Positions 1-8,422 of a stretch of DNA of 44,776 nucleotides are shown here, in pieces. A program made the position numbers and the translations under genes. Origin of the DNA: a virus (Duplodnaviria > Heunggongvirae > Uroviricota > Caudoviricetes); the IMG/VR virus record IMGVR_UViG_2648501797_000002, positions 1 to 44,776 of that record. The stretch is one strand, 5' to 3'. The stretch's first letter is position 1, and each line of letters opens with the position of its first letter. Under the pieces are notes generated by a model, which was not told the origin of the DNA, did no database searches, and saw only the letters and a program-made list of their open reading frames with translations.

Positions 1-201
1 TTACCCATCGGAGCGGGACAGGAGCTTTTCTCTGAACTTGCAGTGGTCACTATATAACCACCTCGCTCTGCCGTGGATGAGTTTGGCTTTGGGGAGATCG
101 CCGGACTTAATCCGGTCGTAAATGAAGGTTTTTCCAAAGCCAGTATCCGCCATGATGAATTTCAGATCAACAAGGCTATCTGGTTGCATCTCATGTTTCA
201 T
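1..201 (-). CDS. torI: Excisionase / AlpA-family winged-helix DNA-binding protein (TorI-like)
   Basis: 66-aa ORF; from memory it closely resembles the TorI excisionase of E. coli KplE1 (motif DLKFIMADTGFGKTFIYDRIKSGDLPKA); located at the prophage end opposite the integrase. Confidence 0.65.
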   Translation of the reverse strand: MKHEMQPDSLVDLKFIMADTGFGKTFIYDRIKSGDLPKAKLIHGRARWLYSDHCKFREKLLSRSDG

Positions 202-434
202 CTTCCACCTCTCGTTACAGCCAAATGTTTACCACGTTCTTCAAACTCTTCCTGACAGTCAGCGCAGCGCTGGCAGCCCGCCACCAGTTCCCGGCGCCGC
301 TCGGGTATCTGTTCCCCGCAGTCGCGGCAGTGAGTAGCTGAAACTGCCGCATGATTGATGCGCATGTTCTGGATGGTCATTTCCAGCCGGCGCTCTGCCA
401 GCTCGTTGGCCTGATCGATGATTTCTGCGCTCAT
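198..434 (-). CDS. TraR/DksA-family C4 zinc-finger protein
   Basis: CxxC...CxxC pattern (CRDCGEQ...CQRCADC) in a 78-aa ORF; overlaps neighbours by 4 nt, indicating an operon. Confidence 0.65.
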   Translation of the reverse strand: MSAEIIDQANELAERRLEMTIQNMRINHAAVSATHCRDCGEQIPERRRELVAGCQRCADCQEEFEERGKHLAVTRGGR

Positions 435-631
435 GCTGCACCGCCTTCGCTTTTTTCCGCTTCAACCGCCATCTGCTCAAGCTTTCGTGAAAGCTCGGCA
501 GACAGTGCCTGGAACTCTTCCTCTGTCGCTACCGGGATCGGCACAAAACGAATGCCGATATGAGCGAGGCCATGTGCGGCCTCAAGGCATTTTCTTAAAT
601 CAACGGGAGAGGCTCTGTTCATGCGACACAC
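431..631 (-). CDS. Hypothetical phage early protein
   Basis: ORF translationally coupled within the leftward early operon. Confidence 0.4.
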   Translation of the reverse strand: MCRMNRASPVDLRKCLEAAHGLAHIGIRFVPIPVATEEEFQALSAELSRKLEQMAVEAEKSEGGAA

Positions 632-1155
632 TCCAGTTGAGAGAGTCCGCCACGGACCGCGTCAATGATGCGTTCGAGATATTGATAATTGTGGTTTGGC
701 ACCGCCGGCCATTTTGCATACCACGGCTCATCACCAAGCAGAGCAGGCAACTTATTACCGATGCGACAATCGCAGCAGCTTTCCTTCACATCCTCAGCGT
801 TTTCTGCCTCTACCCACATATCCCTTGCTTCCTCAGCATCGATTTCCTGCTGACGCCTGAGTTTGATGATTTCACCCTTTACGAATTCAAGGTTGGCGTC
901 GTTATCATCATCAACTGTGCTTTGCAGTTGCGGGTCGAAATAGCCGATAAGGTAGTCATTGCTGACACGCTTAATGAACTCCTGAACGGTGTCTCCACCC
1001 ATAGCAAACCAGGCTCCGGTCCACGCCTTTCCGAAGCAGGTTACAGTGATGCGGCCCTTCCCTGGCTCGTAGTTTTCAATCATCACCCTGACAGGGTCGA
1101 GGCGTTCAACATCGGAAGTGGTAAGTGCCAGAACATCGCTTTTTTCTACCTTCAT
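619..1155 (-). CDS. Hypothetical phage early protein
   Basis: 178-aa ORF in the early operon; acidic, no motif recognised. Confidence 0.5.
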   Translation of the reverse strand: MKVEKSDVLALTTSDVERLDPVRVMIENYEPGKGRITVTCFGKAWTGAWFAMGGDTVQEFIKRVSNDYLIGYFDPQLQSTVDDDNDANLEFVKGEIIKLRRQQEIDAEEARDMWVEAENAEDVKESCCDCRIGNKLPALLGDEPWYAKWPAVPNHNYQYLERIIDAVRGGLSQLECVA

Positions 1156-1368
1156 GATTCCACTCCATACCGCCCATTCATGCGGCCAATAACACTGACA
1201 AATTTCACCAGGCTGACACCCATCGGCTTTACCTTCTCGTAGTGCTTGCGAAGGATGGGGGGCATACAGCGTTCCACTTCGGTTTAGGCTTTACGCTCAT
1301 CGCTTTGGTTATCTCTTCTGCGCAGCGACGAGCCTGGGCGCGGAGAGCGTTTTCTTTTTCTTCTGGCG

Positions 1369-1896
1369 TCATGCAGCCTCCAGATTCCCGATCCGCTTTA
1401 ACTCAGCCAGCGATACAGTCGTGATGATGTGTCGCGGGGTGATGTACGGACGCCAGATAAACAGAAGCGAGCCTTTGGGGTTGCTCCGGCGCTTTCCTGT
1501 AACGGATGCCGGAACAAACTGAACACGGCCGCCGGTTATGAGTCTGAGTTCATCAGCTGATTGCATGGCTGAAATAAACCAGCCGGTAGAAATGTCAGCC
1601 GGTAACAACATCACTACGGCCTGAGACTGCGCCCGGGATTGCTTGGCTGCCTTTTCCACCCACGGCCCAATATCGGAATAGGGCGGGTTACACCATATCG
1701 CCCCGTATGACGTCCATTCACTGTTCAGCGAGTCATCCAGCTCAGTGAGGTAGTGAGCGCATAGCGCATTACTCTCAGAGGCTGCAGCATCCAGCCAGAA
1801 GCCAAACTCGCGGTCGAGCGCGTTGAAAATTTCAATCGGTGTTTGCCAGTAGTCACGTTCATTTTTTGGAGTTTTCGACCCGCCGAAATCAGTCAT
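1369..1896 (-). CDS. Phage DNA N6-adenine methyltransferase (Dam-like)
   Basis: NPPY motif (WCNPPYSD) typical of N6-adenine methyltransferases; start placed at the internal ATG with an upstream AGAGG RBS (ORF extends to 1935). Confidence 0.7.
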   Translation of the reverse strand: MTDFGGSKTPKNERDYWQTPIEIFNALDREFGFWLDAAASESNALCAHYLTELDDSLNSEWTSYGAIWCNPPYSDIGPWVEKAAKQSRAQSQAVVMLLPADISTGWFISAMQSADELRLITGGRVQFVPASVTGKRRSNPKGSLLFIWRPYITPRHIITTVSLAELKRIGNLEAA

Positions 1897-1924
1897 TGCG
1901 CACCTCTTTTCGTGTCTGCCTTTC

Positions 1925-2548
1925 TCATGCGGCATGGTCGTGGTTTTTTATGCTGGAAATTTCTTTCTCCAGCTCTTCCAGGAACTTTTTCACTTCGGAC
2001 TCAATCTCATTTGCCAGTGCTTCGTCGAAGTGAATGCGCTTTTTGAAATAGGCGAGGTCTGGTGGTAGACGATCGTCGAAACTAACGAAATCACACCATT
2101 TACGCCCTGTGCACATCATCTGAGCGTGCATCTGCAGCAGGTACTGGCGTTTTGGCTCGCCAGTTTTTAAGGTCTCAAGATGAGTCCAGGTGTTGGGGCA
2201 CTTAATTTCGATAAGCCCATCACCATTAACAAGCCCATCAGGGCTTGCTGCAAATCCTGGTATAGATGGGTGATCGATAAGCCCCACTTCAGTGATTTCG
2301 GCATCGAACTCATTCAGCGCATACATTTCGCGCGCTACCGGCTCGAGTTCTGTTCCGCGCATCATTGCGGCGTTGGAGAAACCTTCTTCAAGCTTCCCGG
2401 TGAGGCGCTGGCAAATCAGCTCGGCCATGTAGTTCTGTCGGCTTGCGGCATAGCCAGACTTGGTTCTGGCCATGACGTCAGCAAGGCGGCTGGCTGTGAC
2501 TTTTCCGCAGCGAGCGGCAAACCATTCTGGGGTGCGTTGTTCCATCAT
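1925..2548 (-). CDS. YqaJ-like recombination exonuclease (lambda Exo-like fold)
   Basis: 207-aa ORF immediately downstream of RecT; resembles YqaJ-type viral recombinase exonuclease (recalled from memory). Confidence 0.75.
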   Translation of the reverse strand: MMEQRTPEWFAARCGKVTASRLADVMARTKSGYAASRQNYMAELICQRLTGKLEEGFSNAAMMRGTELEPVAREMYALNEFDAEITEVGLIDHPSIPGFAASPDGLVNGDGLIEIKCPNTWTHLETLKTGEPKRQYLLQMHAQMMCTGRKWCDFVSFDDRLPPDLAYFKKRIHFDEALANEIESEVKKFLEELEKEISSIKNHDHAA

Positions 2549-3291
2549 TTATCCTCCGGCGCTGCGGCATCGACAGGTTCTGCGTTGTCGACTGCAAGGC
2601 TCATGTCATACATGCGACGCTTCTCAACCGCGCCGATAACCTGTTTCTCTTCTGCGCTTAACGCCACCCAGAATTCCTGATACTTAACAGTTCCAAGGCG
2701 TGCGGCAGACTCGCCTTTTGCGATCAGTTCCGGGCGGCGATCATCCGATTCATGCCCTACATGAACCTCTGTCGTACTCCCTTCAATGACACGTTCGGCT
2801 TCGTCCTGATCGAAGATGCCAGCAAACCCAAATGCGAGACGCGCACACTGGATCAGCGTCTTGTGACGAAGCATACGGGTAGGGTGGGACTGCCATGGCT
2901 GAGTGTTGCGTTTGCACTCTCCCATGTACTCAGTAACGATGGTCGGGTGTGTGCGGTCTTTCCGGTATATCTTGCAGGTACACGCGCCTTCTTCCTTGTC
3001 GTAGGCAAACTCCATTCCATCAAACTGAGGATGTTCGTTGATGATTCGAGCCCAGCCGTCAACGCCGACCACTGGAACAATTCCGCCTTTATCCGGGAAT
3101 GCATAAATCTCCTTCGTCCACGGATTTAGTCCGTACTGGTTGGCGACGATCAGCAGTGCCGTGAACTGCTCATCAGTGACATTCCCACCCTTAAATGCTG
3201 TATTTTTCAGAGTGTTCATCAGGTCAGTTCCGGCATCCATGCCGAGGCGGGAGGCAAGCTTCCCGGCCATTGTAGAAAGTGCTGTGCTCAT
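2545..3291 (-). CDS. RecT-family single-strand annealing protein
   Basis: RecT-like region (LLIVANQYGLNPWTKEIYAF); paired with the exonuclease; start placed at the internal ATG with a GAGGGG RBS. Confidence 0.8.
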   Translation of the reverse strand: MSTALSTMAGKLASRLGMDAGTDLMNTLKNTAFKGGNVTDEQFTALLIVANQYGLNPWTKEIYAFPDKGGIVPVVGVDGWARIINEHPQFDGMEFAYDKEEGACTCKIYRKDRTHPTIVTEYMGECKRNTQPWQSHPTRMLRHKTLIQCARLAFGFAGIFDQDEAERVIEGSTTEVHVGHESDDRRPELIAKGESAARLGTVKYQEFWVALSAEEKQVIGAVEKRRMYDMSLAVDNAEPVDAAAPEDK

Positions 3292-3307
3292 AGAATTCCC
3301 CTCAAAG

Positions 3308-3598
3308 TTAAAACGGGCAGCCGGTGCGGTGGTCCCAGTCATATTCCGCCTGGGCGTAAGCTACTGCCGAGATGAGATCGTTATATGCCTCGCCAGCTGC
3401 ATCGCTGCGGAGGCCTTCGTATGGGCTTTTGTCCATCGGCACAGAGAAGCGGAACAGGCCTGACGGCTCTTTCGGCAGGGCGTCGATAATTTCCTGCGCC
3501 CGATCGTCAATCCACTTTTGCTTCTCTTCGGTTAGCGACTGTTCAGCCCATTTCCTTTCTTCGATAGCGTCGTATGCGCGGTATGCGTTCATAAGCAC
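3308..3598 (-). CDS. Hypothetical phage early protein
   Basis: 96-aa ORF in the operon. Confidence 0.45.
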   Translation of the reverse strand: MLMNAYRAYDAIEERKWAEQSLTEEKQKWIDDRAQEIIDALPKEPSGLFRFSVPMDKSPYEGLRSDAAGEAYNDLISAVAYAQAEYDWDHRTGCPF

Positions 3599-3599
3599 C

Positions 3600-4571
3600 T
3601 CAGTAACTGATACCGGTATGGGGAATGCGGCCGTCTTTAACCGCTGTAAGCACCTCGATAGCCTGATCCCGAGTAAGGCTGGTATTGGCCAGAAGAGCTT
3701 TGACGATTTCAGTGCCTACAGCTTTGCGGTGCTTAACGTCGGCTTCGCGGCGAGCCTGCTCATCGGCTTTACGTTTCTCCTCAGCCAGGCGGGCCTGTTC
3801 GCGTTGCTCTGCCTCGCGGCGGATGCGATCGGCTTCTTCCTGAGCTTTGCGGCGCTCCGCTTCGATAGCGGCCAGCTTGTCAGCCTCAGCTTTCTTCTCG
3901 GCTGCAATGCGATCTCGCTCTGCCTGCTCAGCTTGTGCTTTCAACACAGCTTCGCGATGCGCCGCTTCTTCACGTTCACGCTGTGCGCGCTGCTCAACTT
4001 CTCGGGCTGCTGCGGCGGCTGCCATTCGCTTAATTTCTTCTTCATGGGCAATGCGCTGGCGCTCAGCCTCAGCTGCTTTATCCGCCTGCTCTCGGTCGAA
4101 AGCGTCATTCATCAGCATGGCCATTTCGTGGTCAGACTCAATCCGAGCTGCCAGCTGCCGATCGAACTCTTCATTCATGGCCAGTGCTTCGACGTGAAGG
4201 GCGTTCATGGCTTCTTCGGCCTTAATGCGTTCCTGCTCCGCCTCCCATTCGGTCAACGGGCGACGCACTTCATCTTTCAGTGCATCGAGACGCTCACGGA
4301 CAACGCGGCGGCTTTCATCAATCTGCTTTGGCAGCGTCTTCAGCTCAGCGACCAGGGCTTTACCTGCGTTGTCGATGTAGGTTTTAGAGCGCGCGACCTT
4401 GTGAGCCATGGATGCGATAGCATCGCGGCCTTTTTTGGTGGTCACGTCCGGCACCAGACTGCGAGCCTCTTTTTCGATCGCTTCGATAAGCGGATCGAGT
4501 TGGTCGTTATTGGTGAAAACCGCCATCGCGTTCTTTTTCTCGATGACGACTAAATCCATTATTTCGCTCAT
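3600..4571 (-). CDS. Hypothetical Ala/Glu/Arg-rich coiled-coil protein
   Basis: 323-aa ORF with a long low-complexity charged helical region (AEQAERDRIAAEKKAEADKLAA...). Confidence 0.55.
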   Translation of the reverse strand: MSEIMDLVVIEKKNAMAVFTNNDQLDPLIEAIEKEARSLVPDVTTKKGRDAIASMAHKVARSKTYIDNAGKALVAELKTLPKQIDESRRVVRERLDALKDEVRRPLTEWEAEQERIKAEEAMNALHVEALAMNEEFDRQLAARIESDHEMAMLMNDAFDREQADKAAEAERQRIAHEEEIKRMAAAAAAREVEQRAQREREEAAHREAVLKAQAEQAERDRIAAEKKAEADKLAAIEAERRKAQEEADRIRREAEQREQARLAEEKRKADEQARREADVKHRKAVGTEIVKALLANTSLTRDQAIEVLTAVKDGRIPHTGISY

Positions 4572-4658
4572 GGTTTCCCCTGAAATTTGGTTGTAAGAAT
4601 CCCGGCACCGTATTGGCTGCCTGATAGCTCAGTTAAATTCGTGCGCTGATATGCGCGG

Positions 4659-4853
4659 TTAATGCGTCCCGGCTGGAACCAGATTCGGCAGCAGGTCGCG
4701 TGCCTCAAATGCTTTGCGAATGTGGCGCAGGTTGCCCTGTGGCTCGAACCAGAAGGTTTCTTTCAGGTAGTCACGTGAAACCTTCCAGGTGGCGCCAGTT
4801 TTAGCGTTACGCATCATCACGGCGCGTCCGCTGTTAGGAATTGAGTTAGCCAT
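4659..4853 (-). CDS. Hypothetical small early protein
   Basis: Start placed at the internal ATG (MANSIP...) overlapping the upstream small peptide stop. Confidence 0.4.
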   Translation of the reverse strand: MANSIPNSGRAVMMRNAKTGATWKVSRDYLKETFWFEPQGNLRHIRKAFEARDLLPNLVPAGTH

Positions 4854-4956
4854 TGAACCCCCCCGTAACGTGCAGAATTTTGATAACAACAGCCGACCAG
4901 ATAACGCCGCAGATCAGCAGGCAGTAAATCAGTGAACGAATGCCTTGTTTGCTCAT
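4846..4956 (-). CDS. Small hydrophobic peptide, 36 aa (MSKQGIRSLIYCLLICGVIWSAVVIKILHVTGGFNG)
   Basis: Hand-translated; single predicted transmembrane helix; ATGA overlap with upstream peptide; below ORF-track size cut-off. Confidence 0.3.
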   Translation of the reverse strand: MSKQGIRSLIYCLLICGVIWSAVVIKILHVTGGFNG

Positions 4957-5060
4957 TTTCCACCCCAGCACTGAATGCTAACTACGAGGACTGCAACCAA
5001 AAACGGAACGACCTTTAACCAAAAATTACGCCATGCAGGCTTGTCTTCTTCGCGGATCAT
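4953..5060 (-). CDS. Small hydrophobic peptide, 35 aa (MIREEDKPAWRNFWLKVVPFLVAVLVVSIQCWGGK)
   Basis: Hand-translated; first gene downstream of the OL region on the leftward strand; one transmembrane helix. Confidence 0.3.
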   Translation of the reverse strand: MIREEDKPAWRNFWLKVVPFLVAVLVVSIQCWGGK

Positions 5061-5144
5061 CTCTTCACCCTTGCCTTAAAGCCGGCCAGCTGAGCGTTGT
5101 TGCGATTACCCGGCGTTGCCGGTGTTGTTTGGATGAGGTAATAA

Positions 5145-5212
5145 TACTCCGGGTATTATTTTATATCAATACCGCTAGTATTATAATATTTAATAAAAAT
5201 ACTAAAGGTATG
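5145..5212. promoter_or_regulatory. OL-type operator cluster: three ATAC-N5-GTAT palindromes (5145-5157, 5170-5182, 5200-5212) in an AT-rich intergenic region
   Basis: Same half-site architecture as the two operators between cI and cro. Confidence 0.5.
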
Positions 5213-5281
5213 ATTTTAAAGTTAATTTATTTTTGTAAAGAGTGCTGTTATGCTCAAAAAAACATCAGTAAGGGTGGCGGC

Positions 5282-5485
5282 ATGTCAAATGAGGATGAGT
5301 TTTTCGCAGAAATGCACCCGCAGATAGCGCAGGTTATCGGGATAGCGGTTATGCAGCTGCTGGTTGAGAAGCGCGAGCCATCAAGAGAGGCGCTGATAGA
5401 GATGATTCAGGTGCTGTGGCAGGGTGACCAGGTAGATCTGGCAGTAGAGCTGGCACTGGATGTGCTGATGCTGAGGGAAGAGTAG
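5282..5485 (+). CDS. Small acidic hypothetical protein (67 aa)
   Basis: ATG with AGGGTGG RBS; transcribed rightward from the OL region, convergent with the downstream cassette. Confidence 0.45.
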   Translation: MSNEDEFFAEMHPQIAQVIGIAVMQLLVEKREPSREALIEMIQVLWQGDQVDLAVELALDVLMLREE

Positions 5486-5524
5486 GGCAGTAACAACCCG
5501 GCGCGGTGGCCGGGTTAACGTCTA

Positions 5525-6442
5525 CTACCAGTTCGGTAGCTCACGCAAAGAATACTTAGGCTTTCCATTACCTACCTGAGTGCAGAGGAATTTTGCAATA
5601 ACTTTTTCTCCGCGGTGATCGTTGATAATGTCTGGATTGTCTATGTAATTACTGATTTTCGCTACAAAAATTGATTTAGATTCATCATGCTCCATAATAA
5701 ACTCGCATTGACGTTTATGAGGAAGGGCTCCCAAGAAGCTAACTTCTAATAACTGCAAATCTTCTTTAACACTATCTTTACTTAGCTTGAGGACCGCTCT
5801 TTCAATATCATTGATATTGTTTGCAACAAGCGCTTGGTTGTTATGCCTTAAAGTAAAAGTTGCTTTGTTATCAAATAGTATTTGTATAAATCCACGTATT
5901 TTATCTAAAGCTCGGTCATCCAAATCACTAATCGCCTCAGCTAGACCATCATCGTCTCCCCTTATACTCATTTGCAGGATAGATTGAGTCTGGTTCAGAG
6001 CTTTTTGAACAGAAGATTCCTCATCAAAGTTAAGCGGGGCATCTGGCCTAAATTCCTCAAGTGTAAATCCAAAAGAACCTTTGGCTGTTCCAGTAATCAT
6101 AAGCAAATTATTTTCAAGATTTGGAATTTTACCTTTGGCCGGTAATTTCCCTGAAAATGAAGATGCAACATGAGAAACCGCATCATTAAAGGCGTTAACT
6201 ATTTTGGTTCCGAAATTTGCAGCTATGCCATATGTACCAAGTACAGGGGCTCCTCTAAATGTTAAAGTGGCTTTAACTGGCGGATGCTCATCGATAACAA
6301 TATGAGAAATCTCATCATTTAGCTCATGGAGCCTGCTTTCAAGGCTCATTTTGCCAATAATGTCATCATCAGTAGTGGTTTCTAAAAGAGACAGGATTGA
6401 GTCCCGCTCACTTAGAACGAACAAGTAATCGTCGCGATTCAT
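5525..6442 (-). CDS. Uncharacterized 305-aa protein, downstream partner of the NTase-fold gene
   Basis: AT-rich ORF, 4-nt overlap with the upstream gene; no motif recognised. Confidence 0.6.
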   Translation of the reverse strand: MNRDDYLFVLSERDSILSLLETTTDDDIIGKMSLESRLHELNDEISHIVIDEHPPVKATLTFRGAPVLGTYGIAANFGTKIVNAFNDAVSHVASSFSGKLPAKGKIPNLENNLLMITGTAKGSFGFTLEEFRPDAPLNFDEESSVQKALNQTQSILQMSIRGDDDGLAEAISDLDDRALDKIRGFIQILFDNKATFTLRHNNQALVANNINDIERAVLKLSKDSVKEDLQLLEVSFLGALPHKRQCEFIMEHDESKSIFVAKISNYIDNPDIINDHRGEKVIAKFLCTQVGNGKPKYSLRELPNW

Positions 6443-7026
6443 TGCTCACCTCCTTCTGATAGCATTGTTTCTAAAATGGTTAATGCCTGTTGATCCAGTG
6501 TAATATCTAGAGGAATCTGCAAGAATCCCTTCCATGTAAGATCCCTTCTATGAGACCACATACTGTACCAATATACAGTCCTTTCTACAAGCTGCTCCTT
6601 AGAAACGCCCAGTGACTGGAAGTAAGAATCAACTCTAAACTCTTGCTTTCTCCACTTACCCATATGTGGCACAAACAGATTCGGGTTACGCATAACGACA
6701 TCTTGCTGCGTTTCGTTAAACGCCAAATTAAAAAAAGTCACAACATCAATGTCATTTGGCGGACGTTTTTCAATGAGTTCAACATCTTCTATGAAACTAC
6801 CATCGATCCATTGAAAACCATCCGTTAACCCAGTTTTATTAATTTCTTTACGAAATTTGATGAAACCGAGTAAGATCTCGATCCTTTGTGGGCTTGTAGC
6901 GTACCGCTCTACAAATTTTAATATATCTGTCTTATATGGGGAGCGATAGGCGCTGGTTGGATGCTCCATATCCATTGGTGGGATTACACCAATTTCATTC
7001 CAGTTAGGAATTTCCTGAATCACCAT
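6439..7026 (-). CDS. Predicted nucleotidyltransferase-fold protein (195 aa)
   Basis: GS...DxD pattern (IDGSFIEDVELIEKRPPNDIDVV) consistent with a Pol-beta-type minimal nucleotidyltransferase; AT-rich. Confidence 0.5.
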   Translation of the reverse strand: MVIQEIPNWNEIGVIPPMDMEHPTSAYRSPYKTDILKFVERYATSPQRIEILLGFIKFRKEINKTGLTDGFQWIDGSFIEDVELIEKRPPNDIDVVTFFNLAFNETQQDVVMRNPNLFVPHMGKWRKQEFRVDSYFQSLGVSKEQLVERTVYWYSMWSHRRDLTWKGFLQIPLDITLDQQALTILETMLSEGGEQ

Positions 7027-7336
7027 GCTGTGGCCTTAAATTTCTTATTGGTTGTAAGAAAAAATGTCATTATTTTCAATGGAGTCATTGATTTTTTTAT
7101 CGCTTTATCAATATGACTTCTCTCGCTCGCTTAATCAGAGCCTTTCTCTGAAATTTCATCAGGGATCGCATAAAATTATTGTTTGCCTCATTCACTGCGC
7201 GAGCGAAGCCTTTCCTTCATTTACTTCTCGTACATGTTATCTAGCCTTCCACCTGAGTCGTAAATATACAATCATTCCCTGTTGTTTTAGGTGGCTTCTT
7301 ATCCATGCTTCCTGTACGTCTGCGGCATGCTGCCGA

Positions 7337-8047
7337 TCACACAAGCCTTAACTTAGTTTCTACGGCCACACCAATGATTCGACAGTTTCCGTTGATGGGA
7401 ACCAATGGCCATTGAGGGTTTAAGCCCTTCAGGTACTTCTGGTCACCATCAATGATCAGTTTTTTGAATGTCGCCTCGTTTGATTCCGAGAGTTTTGCAA
7501 TAACGAGACTTCCGTTGACCGGCTCCCTTCCGGTATCAAAAAGAACATATGTACCCTCTGGTATGCTGAGCCCGACCGGGGCAGTCATGGATTCCCCCTC
7601 GACCAACAACCAGAACGCATCCCCCTGGATGTGAGCGTCTGATTCGAGCCATAGATCGATATCTTTAAGTGCATACGGCTCGCACGCTTCCGACCAATGC
7701 CCAGCCTGAATCTTGCTTAATACAGGGTATTTAATGCCTGGGGTGTACTGGCCTACATACTTGGCATTCGATGTAGCGGCAGCACTCATTGCAGATATTT
7801 CTTTCGCAAGGCTGGGGCTAAAATCAGAGACATCCACCTGGAGGGCTCTGGCAAAAACAGCAGCCACGGCAGCATTAAGGGCATTCCTGCCATTCAAGTA
7901 ATGCCCAACGCCACCCTGAGATATGTCTAGCATGTCAGCTATTGATTGCTGTGTTATCCCAAGCTCTTTTTTCTTGGCTTCATAGAGGGCTTTCAGCCTT
8001 TCTGCGTCAGCGATCTGAGCCGATGTCAGTGTCTTTTTCTTTTCCAT
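7337..8047 (-). CDS. cI: CI-like prophage repressor (HTH plus S24 LexA-like autopeptidase domain)
   Basis: N-terminal HTH (ITQQSIADMLDISQGGVGHYLNG); C-terminal ESMTAP serine motif and FKKL lysine motif like lambda CI; start at ATG 8047, close to the operators. Confidence 0.85.
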   Translation of the reverse strand: MEKKKTLTSAQIADAERLKALYEAKKKELGITQQSIADMLDISQGGVGHYLNGRNALNAAVAAVFARALQVDVSDFSPSLAKEISAMSAAATSNAKYVGQYTPGIKYPVLSKIQAGHWSEACEPYALKDIDLWLESDAHIQGDAFWLLVEGESMTAPVGLSIPEGTYVLFDTGREPVNGSLVIAKLSESNEATFKKLIIDGDQKYLKGLNPQWPLVPINGNCRIIGVAVETKLRLV

Positions 8048-8082
8048 TTTCAAATAGTAATACCAATGCTCTTATTTTAAAA

Positions 8083-8119
8083 ATACTTGCGGTATTGCAA
8101 TGTTTAATACTTGTGGTAT
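8083..8119. promoter_or_regulatory. OR operators (ATACTTGCGGTAT and ATACTTGTGGTAT) overlapping the divergent cI and cro promoters
   Basis: Two 13-bp ATAC-N5-GTAT palindromes between the divergent cI and cro genes; candidate pR as TTGCAA-N17-TATTGT. Confidence 0.55.
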
Positions 8120-8151
8120 TGTTTGCTCATGAGTTGATAGGAGCTAACCAC

Positions 8152-8343
8152 ATGAAAATTTCTTTAGCTGAATACGTTGACGAAGTTGGACAGGCAAGAG
8201 CTGCTGATGCCATCGGCGTTCACCAGACCGCAATTAGTAAAGCTATCCGGGTAGGACGGAAGATTTTCGTTAACACCCTGCCTGATGGAAAAATTAAGGC
8301 TGAAGAGATCAAGCCTTTCCCACATAACAGAAATCCTGATTAA
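8152..8343 (+). CDS. cro: Cro-like repressor
   Basis: 63-aa protein resembling lambda Cro (GVHQTAISKAIRVGRKIFV...AEEIKPFP); GGAG RBS. Confidence 0.85.
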   Translation: MKISLAEYVDEVGQARAADAIGVHQTAISKAIRVGRKIFVNTLPDGKIKAEEIKPFPHNRNPD

Positions 8344-8348
8344 ACAAA

Positions 8349-8390
8349 GCTGAATTGAGCAGTCAGCGGGTTCTGACTGAGTAATTCAGC
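8349..8390 (+). promoter_or_regulatory. Extended imperfect hairpin downstream of cro (GCTGAATT...CAGTCAG-CGGGTT-CTGACTG...AATTCAGC) without a U-tract
   Basis: Inverted repeats read directly; position corresponds to nutR/tR1 in lambda. Confidence 0.3.
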
Positions 8391-8422
8391 CATTCCAAAC
8401 AACACCAGAGGAAGTATCACAA

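Noticed and set aside
418-1242. 274-aa plus-strand ORF
   Set aside because: Antisense to three coupled early genes; no start context.
1152-1265. 37-aa minus-strand ORF between the Dam-like gene and the downstream early gene (ATGA-coupled)
   Set aside because: Weak RBS and no recognisable features; could be real but evidence is insufficient to annotate.
3372-4553. 393-aa plus-strand ORF
   Set aside because: Antisense to the early coiled-coil gene and against the operon direction; Ser/Ala/Cys-rich nonsense translation.
7064-7351. 95-aa plus-strand ORF in the cI-cassette spacer
   Set aside because: AT-rich intergenic sequence; translation is low-complexity; no RBS; overlaps the cI 3' end.
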